Assembly: GCA_964577535.1 (NCBI GenBank)
Contig: CAZNZO010000003.1
Location: 69,620-133,619 of the forward strand
Direction: 5' to 3'
Source of the DNA: an uncultured Oscillospiraceae bacterium
GTDB taxonomy: Bacteria > Bacillota > Clostridia > Christensenellales > CAG-314
DNA: 64,000 bases
Shown here: one piece after another, positions 8,786 through 17,982 of the stretch
How positions within the stretch are numbered: position 1 is the stretch's first letter
How the letters are laid out: each line of letters begins with the position of its first letter
The notes under the pieces: model-generated
What the model saw: only the letters and a program-made list of their open reading frames with translations
Told to the model about the DNA's origin: nothing
Database searches by the model: none
Position numbers and translations under genes: made by a program

Positions 8786-9664
8786 CTAATCCGAATATCT
8801 AAATTGCTTGGCAAACTGAATGAAATTTTCCGCATCGGAAAACAAACTGCCGCCCTTCGACCAAATTAGCACGATTTGCTGCGTGATCTTTTCGTCCAGA
8901 GGAATGCACACCAATTCGTCGTCCATTTCGGCAATTTGTCTATACAAAAATGCACCGGCCGTGCCGTAGGACAAAAATTGTTTGACTGTGTAGAGTTGCG
9001 AAGAATAAAGCAAAATGTTGGGTTCCACGCCGGCCGCGGCAAAAGCGTTTTTGATGACGACGTTTTGATAGCTATCCGCCTTGAACAAAATTTGCTTTTC
9101 GTTGGCAAGTTGCTTGAATGAAACAGATTTTTCCTTTGCCAAATGGTGATTTTTGTTGACACAATAGACAAGTTCTGTTGTGACAAGGGGCAAAATGTTG
9201 TAGTCGTCGGTTACGGCGCCATCCAAAATGGTTATGCCCAGGTCGACGGCGTTGGTATCCACAAGTTTGCGTGTTTGCAAGGACCCTGTTTCCAGCATTT
9301 CTAGCTGTACGTTGGGGAAGGCCTTTGTGTATTCATCGAACATTTGCGGGAACAAAAATGTGGAAATCATGGCGGGCACGGCAATTTTTACGTGGTTGCG
9401 GTTGGACGAAAGTTCTTGCATTTGCCTTTCCAATGCATCCACCGATTGCAAAATGTATTGCACCTTTTCGTAGAAAAATTGCCCCTCCACCGTTAGTTGC
9501 AACCTGTTGTGTTTGCGATGAAACAGCTTTACGCCAAACTCTTCCTCTAGTTCCTTTATGCAAAAGGAAATTGTGGGCTGGCTGACGAAGAGTTTTTCCG
9601 CCGCTTTTGTGATGCTTTCGTATTTGCAAACCGTTTGAAAATATTTTAGTTGCAACAACTTCAT
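8786..9664 (-). CDS. LysR-family transcriptional regulator
   Basis: N-terminal HTH region MKLLQLKYFQTVCKYESITKAAEKLFVSQPTISFCIKELE. The start is set at ATG 9662-9664 behind a GGAGG SD. Confidence 0.9.
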   Translation of the reverse strand: MKLLQLKYFQTVCKYESITKAAEKLFVSQPTISFCIKELEEEFGVKLFHRKHNRLQLTVEGQFFYEKVQYILQSVDALERQMQELSSNRNHVKIAVPAMISTFLFPQMFDEYTKAFPNVQLEMLETGSLQTRKLVDTNAVDLGITILDGAVTDDYNILPLVTTELVYCVNKNHHLAKEKSVSFKQLANEKQILFKADSYQNVVIKNAFAAAGVEPNILLYSSQLYTVKQFLSYGTAGAFLYRQIAEMDDELVCIPLDEKITQQIVLIWSKGGSLFSDAENFIQFAKQFRYSD

Positions 9665-9732
9665 GGCTGACCTCCGAACGAACCGCATAAATTTTGCCGA
9701 TAATTGCGGCGAGTTGATAAAAAATCTTTATA

Positions 9733-9761
9733 ATTATAGCAAAATAAACGAGAAAATGCAA
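9733..9761 (-). promoter_or_regulatory. sigma-A-type promoter of the LysR gene: TTGCAT-17-(TGc)TATAAT
   Basis: Minus strand; the -10 is at 9733-9738 with a TG extension and the -35 at 9756-9761. Confidence 0.5.
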
Positions 9762-10060
9762 CGAATAGCACCAGGAAAAAGAAATGTTTGAACAAATATT
9801 TCGCTATTGTAAAGTGAAAAGCGCAAAATAGAGCGGCTTGAAAAAGCTTGGGTGAACGAGCGTGCACACCTGACGACTTGTGCGCTGAGGTTGAAAGTTT
9901 TTTGAAAATTGAAATTAAATGTTCGGCAAGAGAATAGTTGCCGATAAGAAAAACGGAAAAGCAGAGAAAAATGTAGTGAGAATGTGAAAAATTGTGAATT
10001 TATTGACGGAGTGCGAAAACGGGTTGAAAGAAAAGACAAAACCCATTGTGCGGCACTAAA

Positions 10061-10680
10061 AACACACCAATATTTGAAAAATCTGGCGTAGAAAAAATAC
10101 AAGGATGGGCGTGAATGGCAATGTGAAAACGAGAAATTTTGAGCGATAAAATGCAACAGAATAGAAAAACGAAATGTACAAAAAGTCAAGGAATTTTGTG
10201 TGGCAAAAGAAATGGGCAACTTTTAGTAGAAATGCAGTTAATTGCAATGCTAAAAATGGCCGAAGTAAAAAATCTATTGTGACGAAGATAGGTGAAATAA
10301 AAAATTTGAAGTGAGATTGTGTAAAAATTTGCGAGAATGAATTTGCACGGCCATGAAATACACACCATTATTTGAAAATACAGGCGTGGCAAAAATGGCA
10401 AGGATATTGGCACAAATGACAATGCGAAAAACGAGAAATTTTGAGAGATAAAATGCACAGAATGAACAAAAATAGAATGCGTGAAAAGGCAAAACAATTT
10501 GTATGGCAAAAAATAAGAGACTTCCAGTTGAAAAACACAAAAATTGCAATGCTAAAAACTGCAAAAAAGCAATTTTCAGTGAGAAAGCCTGCAAAATTAC
10601 AGGCTGAAAATATAAAAGAAATGGTCAACTTTTAGTGGAAATGCAGGTAATTGCTATGCAAAAAATGGGCGAAGTGAAGT
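10061..10680. repeat. degenerate tandem duplication (period ~300 bp) inside a ~1-kb A-rich non-coding region
   Basis: Shared blocks are cacaccaWtatttgaaaa (10064 / 10362), aacgagaaattttgagMgataaaatgca (10128 / 10430) and caacttttagtRgaaatgcagKtaattgc (10217 / 10626). Confidence 0.7.
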
Positions 10681-10729
10681 GTGAATTTTTAGCGGAGAAC
10701 GTATGAAAATTAACGCTACAAACGGCAGG

Positions 10730-11833
10730 TCAATCGGGCAAAAGTTCCACCAAAATGGAATTTAGCACGTAGAATTTGTCGTCAGGAACAAACACGCGGC
10801 CGTTTTGGGAGCACAAAAAGCCCTTTTGCGCCAATTCTTTGGCTTTGGGGAATTTATCGAAAAAGTTGCAGTTGTAACGCTGTTGGAACAACACAAGATC
10901 CACCCCTTGTTGCAAACGCAAACCCACAATTGCACATTCGCAGGCTTGTTCGTCCTGGGAAATTGTTTCCTGGTATTGCTTTGCGGTTGCATTGGAAGAA
11001 ACGTATTCGTCAATGCCAAAAGCGTTGCCATAGCGCACATCGCCAACAAAGCCGCTGGCGGCGGCGCCAAAGCCAAAGTATCTGTCTTCCTGCCAGTAGG
11101 TCAAGTTGTGACGACATTCGAAGCCGGGGCGGCAAAAGTTGGAAACTTCGTAGCGACAAAAACCGTTTTCGGAAAATTTTTGACGAGCAAAATCGTAGTC
11201 GTCGGCAAGCTCGTCTTCCGTGCGGGCATAGGACTGGCAAAGCTTGTTGAATGCCTGGTTTTCGTGCAGTTCAAGCGCATAAAGACTGACGTGTGTTAGT
11301 GGCAATTTGCATACCTGTTCGACAGTGTTTTGAAAGTCGGTGCGCGTTTCTGGCAGGCCCAAAATGAGGTCGGCATTAACGTTGGTGAACCCTGCTTCAC
11401 GGGCAAGTTGCAGGGCTCGCAAAAATCCGTCGTAGGTGTGCAAACGCCCAATTCTTTGCAACGTGGCATCGCTAGTACTTTGCAAACCGAAACTAAGGCG
11501 GTTGACACCAATGCTATGGAAAAATTGAAAGAGTTCGCTGCTGGCACTTTCCGGGTTGCACTCCACTGTGAATTCGCAAAGTTCCGACAGATCGAATGTT
11601 TCGTTTAGCGCACGGAACGTTTGTTTAAGAAATTCAATTTTTACCGAACTGGGCGTACCACCACCCCAAAAGATGGTTTTTATTTTGCCGCAAGGTTTTG
11701 CGCTGCGAATCTCCTTTTCCAGCACGTCGAAATAGGTTTTGCAAGCAGAAAAATTTGTGCTAGAAGAAAAAGCGCAGTAAGCACACCGCGCTTTGCAAAA
11801 CGGAATATGAACGTAGATTGCTGTTGTTTTCAT
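10730..11833 (-). CDS. hemW: radical SAM heme chaperone HemW (oxygen-independent coproporphyrinogen-III oxidase-like)
   Basis: 367-aa ORF with the CxxxCxxC cluster CKARCAYCAF near the N-terminus. It lies downstream of lepA, as in other Firmicutes. Confidence 0.9.
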   Translation of the reverse strand: MKTTAIYVHIPFCKARCAYCAFSSSTNFSACKTYFDVLEKEIRSAKPCGKIKTIFWGGGTPSSVKIEFLKQTFRALNETFDLSELCEFTVECNPESASSELFQFFHSIGVNRLSFGLQSTSDATLQRIGRLHTYDGFLRALQLAREAGFTNVNADLILGLPETRTDFQNTVEQVCKLPLTHVSLYALELHENQAFNKLCQSYARTEDELADDYDFARQKFSENGFCRYEVSNFCRPGFECRHNLTYWQEDRYFGFGAAASGFVGDVRYGNAFGIDEYVSSNATAKQYQETISQDEQACECAIVGLRLQQGVDLVLFQQRYNCNFFDKFPKAKELAQKGFLCSQNGRVFVPDDKFYVLNSILVELLPD

Positions 11834-11942
11834 TTTTCCTCTGCTTTTTTCTTAAAAATTGTATGTTATGTTTGCCATAATACTCTACAATTTGCACAAA
11901 CTCGGCACAATTCGCTATTTTAGCGCCATTACACCGCTTTAA

Positions 11943-12177
11943 CTACACTAAAGACGGGAAACACAAAAATCGGTTGTTTATCTCCAAAATAGACCTGAGC
12001 GCTAGGCTGGGAACACTGACGGACCCCACCTGGCGCACGCGTTTTTCGCCCTCTTTTTGCTTTTCCAAAAGTTTCTTTTTGCGTGTTATTATCTGGTAGC
12101 ACGTTGCAAAAATGTTTTTGCGCAGTGCCTTGACAGTTGTGCGAGCAATAATTTTATTGCCCCACCACGGCCGCTTT
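11943..12177 (-). pseudogene. degenerate tandem copy of the last ~64 codons of lepA
   Basis: The minus-strand frame reads [63 protein letters not shown]. The LepA C-terminus reads [64 protein letters not shown]. The copy has no start codon or SD and is out of frame with the lepA stop. Confidence 0.8.
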
Positions 12178-12190
12178 AGCTAACACAAAA

Positions 12191-13990
12191 CTAGTCGTCT
12201 ATCTTTAAAATAGACATGAACGCTTCGCTGGGAACGCTGACGGAGCCCACCTGACGCATACGTTTTTTACCTTCTTTTTGCTTTTCCAAAAGCTTCTTTT
12301 TGCGTGTTATATCGCCGCCGTAACACTTTGCCAAAACGTCTTTGCGTAGCGCCTTGACTGTTTCGCGAGCAATAACCTTGTTGCCCACCGCCGCTTGCAC
12401 AGGAATTTCGAACATTTGGCGAGGGATGGCTTCTTTTAGTTTTTCGGCAATTTGTCTGCCTCGAGCATAGGCACGTTCTTCGTTGACAATGATGGAAAGC
12501 GCGTCGCACATTTCGCCGTTAAGTAGCATATCCAAACGCACAAGTTTGCCCGGCACGTAGCCTTTAAGTTCGTAGTCCAAGCTGGCGTAGCCGCGCGTGC
12601 GAGATTTCAACGTGTCGAAAAAGTTGTAGATAATTTCGTTTAGGGGAATGTCGTAGGAAAGTTTTACGCGCCTGGTATCCAAATAGGTCATATCCAAAAA
12701 GGTTCCGCGTTTTTCCTGGCACAGGCCCATAACGTCGCCGACATATTCCTTCGGACAAAACACTTCTGCCGCAACAATAGGCTCTTCAATGTGGTCGATG
12801 GCCGTTACCGGAGGCAATTTGGTGGGGTTATCTATCAGCAGCATTTCCCCTTGAGTTGTGTAAACTTTGTAGCTTACGCTGGGCGCCGTCGTTACCAAAT
12901 CCAAATCGAATTCCCTCTCCAAACGCTCTTGAATTATTTCCATATGCAACAATCCCAAAAAGCCGCAACGGAAACCAAAACCCAAGGCAACGGAGGTATC
13001 CGGTTCGTAAACAAGAGATGCATCGTTAAGTTTCAACTTTTCCAAAGCATCCTTCAAATCGTTGTATTTGCTGCCGTCTGCCGGGTAAATTCCGCAGAAC
13101 ACCATGGGCTTCACATCTTTGTAGCCCTTCAAAGGCTCCTTGCAGGGGTTTTCGGCATCGGTTAGCGTATCCCCCACCTTGGTGTCGCAAACCGTCTTGA
13201 TGCTTGCGCAAACGTAGCCAACGTCGCCAGCTTTAAGTTCGGCAACCGGTTGTGTGGAAGGCGCAAAAACGCCAACTTCCGTCACGTCGAAAACTTTGCC
13301 CTTTGTTTCGAACATTTTTATTTTGGTGCCCACTTTAACAGAGCCATCCACAATGCGAACAAAAATGATAACACCTTTGTAGTTATCGTATTGGCAATCG
13401 AAAATAAGCGCTTTTAGCGGCTGGTCTTCACTGCCCGACGGGGGCGGAACCAAATCGACCACGGCATCCAAAACGTCCTGAATGTTCAATCCCTCTTTGG
13501 CCGAAACCAACGGCGCCGCAGATGCATCCAAACCGATGGCATCTTCAATTTCCCTTTTGCAACCTTCCACGTCGGCAGAAGGCAAATCTATTTTGTTGAT
13601 GACGGGAATTATTTCCAAATCGTTTTCCAACGCAAGATAGCAGTTTGCCAGCGTTTGCGCTTCCACGCCTTGCGAAGCATCCACCACCAACAAAGCTCCT
13701 TCACAGGCGGCAAGAGAACGCGAAACTTCGTAGTTGAAGTCCACGTGGCCGGGGGTATCTATCAAGTTTAGTTCGTAGTCCACGCCGCCCTTTTGGTAGG
13801 TCATTTTTACCGGCGTAAGCTTTATTGTTATGCCGCGCTCACGCTCGATATCCATGCTATCCAGCATTTGCGCTTCCAAATCGCGTTTGGCAACTTGGCC
13901 GGTGAATTCCATAAGACGATCGGCCAAGGTGCTTTTGCCGTGGTCGATGTGGGCTATTATGCAAAAATTTCTCTTGTTTTTTTGTGTCAT
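12191..13990 (-). CDS. lepA: translation elongation factor 4 (LepA)
   Basis: 599-aa ORF with G1 [14 protein letters not shown] and NKID motifs and a LepA-specific C-terminal domain. Confidence 0.97.
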   Translation of the reverse strand: MTQKNKRNFCIIAHIDHGKSTLADRLMEFTGQVAKRDLEAQMLDSMDIERERGITIKLTPVKMTYQKGGVDYELNLIDTPGHVDFNYEVSRSLAACEGALLVVDASQGVEAQTLANCYLALENDLEIIPVINKIDLPSADVEGCKREIEDAIGLDASAAPLVSAKEGLNIQDVLDAVVDLVPPPSGSEDQPLKALIFDCQYDNYKGVIIFVRIVDGSVKVGTKIKMFETKGKVFDVTEVGVFAPSTQPVAELKAGDVGYVCASIKTVCDTKVGDTLTDAENPCKEPLKGYKDVKPMVFCGIYPADGSKYNDLKDALEKLKLNDASLVYEPDTSVALGFGFRCGFLGLLHMEIIQERLEREFDLDLVTTAPSVSYKVYTTQGEMLLIDNPTKLPPVTAIDHIEEPIVAAEVFCPKEYVGDVMGLCQEKRGTFLDMTYLDTRRVKLSYDIPLNEIIYNFFDTLKSRTRGYASLDYELKGYVPGKLVRLDMLLNGEMCDALSIIVNEERAYARGRQIAEKLKEAIPRQMFEIPVQAAVGNKVIARETVKALRKDVLAKCYGGDITRKKKLLEKQKEGKKRMRQVGSVSVPSEAFMSILKIDD

Positions 13991-14074
13991 ACCGTCTACC
14001 GCTACTTTTGCAAACCTTTGTTTGCGCTAGGATTGCAACAAAAGGTGCAATTACTCATTGTTGCTTGTAGATAA

Positions 14075-14103
14075 ATTATAACCGAAAACTGCCGTTTTGT
14101 CTA
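14075..14103 (-). promoter_or_regulatory. sigma-A-type promoter of lepA: TAGACA-17-TATAAT
   Basis: Minus strand; the -10 is at 14075-14080 and the -35 at 14098-14103. Confidence 0.5.
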
Positions 14104-14131
14104 GAATGTTGCACATATTTTCGTCAAGCCC

Positions 14132-14160
14132 TTGATTTTTTGAGTTTATGAATATATAAT
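14132..14160 (+). promoter_or_regulatory. sigma-A-type promoter of the GDPD gene: TTGATT-17-TATAAT
   Basis: The -35 is at 14132-14137 and the -10 at 14155-14160. It is divergent from the lepA promoter. Confidence 0.55.
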
Positions 14161-14204
14161 TTAATATTGAAGTGGAAACTTCACAAAAAATAGGAAGTGA
14201 AAAT

Positions 14205-14957
14205 ATGATAAAACAAGAATATCGTTGGCTTACGGATACTTACGTGGCGCACCGCGGCTTGTTCAACAACGTGGACGTGCCGGAAAACTCCATCCCCGCC
14301 TTTGAAAAAGCAACGCAAAACGGATTTGGCATTGAAACGGACGTGCAAATGACGAAAGACGGCGTTTTGGTGGTTTTTCACGACGACACTTTGGACAGAA
14401 TGACCGGCGTTAGCGGCTCCATTTGTCAACTTACGTTTGACCAAGTGCGCCAGCTTCGCCTTGGCGGTACCGAACATCAAATACCCACCTTTGAAGAGTT
14501 TTTGCAAGCGGCCAACGGCACCAACCTTATTGTGGAACTTAAAAAACACAAGGAAATTGGCGAAATGGAAGAGAAGGTTGCAAAAGCACTTAGCACCTAC
14601 ACAGGCAACTATTGCATAGAATCGTTCGACCCGTTTATTGTGCGCTGGTTCAAGGTGCACTGCCCCAACGTTATTCGCGGCCAACTTTCGTGCAGTTTTG
14701 AAGGACAAAACCTTTCTAAACTTAAACGCTATTTGGCGGCCAACTTGAAACTTTGCAAATGGAACGGCAGTCAATTTATTGCATACGACGTTGCCACATT
14801 GCGCAATAACGCCGCAGTTGCAAAGTGGGCAAAGAAAGTGCCCATCATTTGTTGGACGGTGCGCAGCCAGCAGCAATACGACCAAATGCACGACTGCTTC
14901 GACAACATGATTTTTGATAGTTTTGTCCCGGAGCGCAACGACGTTCCACTTAAATAG
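14205..14957 (+). CDS. glycerophosphodiester phosphodiesterase family protein
   Basis: Contains HRG...ENSIPAF and ETDVQMTKDGVLVVFHD motifs. The start is set at ATG 14205 (AGGAAG SD 7 nt upstream). Confidence 0.85.
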   Translation: MIKQEYRWLTDTYVAHRGLFNNVDVPENSIPAFEKATQNGFGIETDVQMTKDGVLVVFHDDTLDRMTGVSGSICQLTFDQVRQLRLGGTEHQIPTFEEFLQAANGTNLIVELKKHKEIGEMEEKVAKALSTYTGNYCIESFDPFIVRWFKVHCPNVIRGQLSCSFEGQNLSKLKRYLAANLKLCKWNGSQFIAYDVATLRNNAAVAKWAKKVPIICWTVRSQQQYDQMHDCFDNMIFDSFVPERNDVPLK

Positions 14958-14991
14958 TTGGCAATAGCCAACTTTCACGAAGAGGTGAATT

Positions 14992-17559
14992 ATGGGAAGA
15001 AGAGTTTTAGCCTTTTTCTTGGGAATGATTTTTGGCATAATATTCCTTTTGGGCAGTTTGGCACTGGGGATATATCTTGCCATAACCGTGATAAAGCCTA
15101 GCGACATAAGCGCAGATGCTTCCACATACATGGGGGATTTGGCCGACATGTCCTTGCTGGATATGGTGCAAAGCGTACAGCAACTTTACACCGAACAACT
15201 GGGGCTGACGGACGAAAACGGCGACTATTTTAGCTTGGGCGATTTTTTGGACAACTACAACATCAATTGCGAAACGGCGTTTGGCATAGCGTTGCCACAA
15301 TCGGTTTTGGACGTTCCTGTGTTTGAATATTTCAACGAGGGCAGTGTAGACAATGCCTTGCAACAAATAAGCGTGGCAACCCTTCCGGCAATAATCAACA
15401 TGTTTGCGACGGAAGAAGGCGGCTACATTAGTGCCGAAACAATGGAAAAGCTGGATGCTTTCACCATGAAAGACCTGTTTGACGGCGAAAAGGGCGTTAC
15501 CTACGTTTTTGACGACGTGCGTTTTGCCGATTTGCTGGCAAATTCCTTCCCGGCGGCCGATTCGGACAACAAATTTATGTGGGCCATTGGGCAAGGTCGC
15601 ATTGGCCGGCTTTACGGCGCGCTTAGCGGTTCGGAAAGTTTATTTATGCAACTGAAGGAGGACGGAGGATTATCCGACCTGGGCAGTTTGCCTGTTACGG
15701 AAGTTTTGGGCGGCAGTTCCGGCGTGCTGGGTGCCATGCTTGGCGATGCATCTTTGGGTAGCATGGTGGACGAAAACGGCGCATTGAACTTTGACCAAGT
15801 GCTTGAAAAGACCTACGTTGGAAGCTTGCTTGCTTGCATTCGCAACGAAATTGAAGACGTTAGCGGCTACACGGAGGTTGAACTGGAAGGCGACACTATT
15901 CTTGCAAAAACAGAAAACGGCAAAACGCTTTTTGCCAAGGCAGACGGTGAAAAACACTTTGAAGTTGTGCAATATTGCACGGTGAAAGACATTGAACACG
16001 TGCACGATGCAAGTTGCTACGACTTTGCTTGGTACAACTCGATGGCGTTATCGGCAGGACACTCCAATTGCAAAGATAACGAACTTATTGCCGAAGACGG
16101 ACACCACTCTCGCATAAGCGGCATATACAAGGCGCTTGTTAACCTTTACGTAAGCGATTTGATGGGCGGTTCTTCTGCCGTTATTATGGAAGGCATGCAA
16201 AACGTTACCATAAGCGAAATGATGGACGGCAAGGTTAGCGGAGTTATGGCTAACTTCAAGGATATGACCATCCATGAAATGCTTAATGGTGGCGTTGACG
16301 AAATTTATTTGGGCTCGTTTATTGGTTACACTCGCACCACGGCCACCAAGCCGCAAGAATTTGAAAAACTTGGCGACGTTTACTTGGGCAAGAACGGAGA
16401 TAGATACGTTATGTCCGAAGAGGGCGCCGATTGGTACAACGCAAAACTTATTTGCGAAAACACCGATGCTTCCCACAAACACAGCCGCAGTTGCTATTCC
16501 TACGAATGGATGAACGGCACAAAACCTGCCAAAGGCCTTATGGCGAAACTATCCGAAAGCAAACTGGGCGAACTTAGCAATTTGAACGACATTATTCTTT
16601 CTAGCACCGTTAGCGACGTTTTGGGGGATAACCTTACCGGCATTATGGCGGAGCTGAAAGATACTCCACTTAAAAATTTGTCGTCAGAAATGAACAACGT
16701 ATATTTGGGCGCAGCAATGAACTTCTACCGCAAGAGCGTGGACGTTGCCGGCTACTCGAAGGTGGACGGAATATCCAACCTTATGCAAAAGGACGGACAG
16801 TTTGCCAAGAGCGACGACGGCAAAAAATGGTACCTTGCGGAACTTGATTGCGACAAAGATCACACTCACACCGCCGCTTGCTACGCATACGTTTGGTATA
16901 AAAACGCCGCAAGAACCATTCCCGTTACCGGCGTGCAAAAATGTTTTGTGAACTCTAAGCTGGGCAACTTATCCTCCACCATGGACAACCTGACGTTGAA
17001 AAAGCTAAGAGTTGGCGGAAACACCATTTTAAATGCAATGGGCGACGTGCCGTTGATGGCGTTGAACACCCAAATGAAAGTGATGAAACTGGGCGTTGTT
17101 TTTGATTTTGTGGAAGACAAAACCAGCGGCGTTAGCGTTTGGTATGAGCGTTGCAAAACAGGTTGCGGACACTCGGCAGGCCAACACGTGCGTTTGGAAG
17201 GAGAAACAGGCTACTTCACACCGGCAAAAGGCATAAACGCAAAGATGGCAAACATGACACTTTCGAACCTTATGACTGGCCAAGGCATGACGAGCATTGT
17301 TAGCGAATTTACCGTACGTGAAATGCAAGATAGCGGCATACTTTCCTTCACGGAACAGGACGAATACAAACTGGACGTTATTTTTGATTCCACAGGGGAA
17401 TGTTCCCTTGCCGACTACTTTATGCAACGAGCAACAAACTCGGCGCTGACCGCAAAACAATACTATCAAAGCAAGCACGGCGACGACCAGACGACGCGCG
17501 GAGAGTGGAAAGACGTTAAGTTTTCGGTATTTTTCAAAAAACTGTTGCAAGCAATATAG
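14992..17559 (+). CDS. 855-aa membrane-anchored extracytoplasmic protein with repeated Cys/His modules (function unknown)
   Basis: GAGGTGA SD and one N-terminal TM helix (VLAFFLGMIFGIIFLLGSLALGIYLAI). There are three full internal modules ending in C-x(5-6)-H-x-H-x(3)-CY-x-[FY]-x-W. Confidence 0.85.
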   Translation: MGRRVLAFFLGMIFGIIFLLGSLALGIYLAITVIKPSDISADASTYMGDLADMSLLDMVQSVQQLYTEQLGLTDENGDYFSLGDFLDNYNINCETAFGIALPQSVLDVPVFEYFNEGSVDNALQQISVATLPAIINMFATEEGGYISAETMEKLDAFTMKDLFDGEKGVTYVFDDVRFADLLANSFPAADSDNKFMWAIGQGRIGRLYGALSGSESLFMQLKEDGGLSDLGSLPVTEVLGGSSGVLGAMLGDASLGSMVDENGALNFDQVLEKTYVGSLLACIRNEIEDVSGYTEVELEGDTILAKTENGKTLFAKADGEKHFEVVQYCTVKDIEHVHDASCYDFAWYNSMALSAGHSNCKDNELIAEDGHHSRISGIYKALVNLYVSDLMGGSSAVIMEGMQNVTISEMMDGKVSGVMANFKDMTIHEMLNGGVDEIYLGSFIGYTRTTATKPQEFEKLGDVYLGKNGDRYVMSEEGADWYNAKLICENTDASHKHSRSCYSYEWMNGTKPAKGLMAKLSESKLGELSNLNDIILSSTVSDVLGDNLTGIMAELKDTPLKNLSSEMNNVYLGAAMNFYRKSVDVAGYSKVDGISNLMQKDGQFAKSDDGKKWYLAELDCDKDHTHTAACYAYVWYKNAARTIPVTGVQKCFVNSKLGNLSSTMDNLTLKKLRVGGNTILNAMGDVPLMALNTQMKVMKLGVVFDFVEDKTSGVSVWYERCKTGCGHSAGQHVRLEGETGYFTPAKGINAKMANMTLSNLMTGQGMTSIVSEFTVREMQDSGILSFTEQDEYKLDVIFDSTGECSLADYFMQRATNSALTAKQYYQSKHGDDQTTRGEWKDVKFSVFFKKLLQAI

Positions 17560-17842
17560 AAAAATTCAATTGCGGATAGCATGAATAACTTAAAATTCAA
17601 TTGCGGCTGATGCAAAAAATAAAAAGATTGGGCAAAATGATGCTCAATCTTTTTTTGTGATTTTTGTGCCGCAGTTGATAGACACATGAAAAACATTGAC
17701 TTTGAGTGATTAAAACCATGTACCACAGTTAATAAACATAAGTAATGTAAAAATATTCAGTCTGTGTTGTTTGGAGAAAACTGCAACAACCGTAGAGATG
17801 AACTAAACGGACGGAAGAGATAGATGAGAAATTGAATATTGT

Positions 17843-17874
17843 TCAAAAAACCAACCGCCACAGTTGGCGGTTTG
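17843..17874 (-). terminator. intrinsic terminator downstream of the flavoprotein operon
   Basis: Stem AACCGCCA/TGGCGGTT (17853-17860 / 17865-17872), loop CAGT, with a U-run on the minus strand (plus-strand A-run 17845-17850). Confidence 0.6.
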
Positions 17875-17982
17875 TGGCAAAGCAATTTTGTGCGCTTACT
17901 CGCAGAAATTGGTTTCTGCGCCAAATGGGGGTTTGGCTAGCGAGCAGGTGCGCAATTGCGTTACAAACGCAAGATGCACCAA

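Noticed and set aside
9734-10635. Cluster of 60-160-aa ORFs on both strands in the A-rich tract.
   Set aside because: The minus-strand ones are poly-Phe/Leu/Ser and the plus-strand ones are Lys/Asn/Arg strings. They mutually overlap and lack SDs. They are composition artefacts.
7478-10680. CRISPR array or DGR template/variable-repeat interpretation of the direct repeats.
   Set aside because: The repeats are long (60-300 bp), few (2 copies) and irregular, with no short-repeat/unique-spacer pattern. There are no cas or reverse-transcriptase genes in the window. The substitutions between copies are not adenine-specific.
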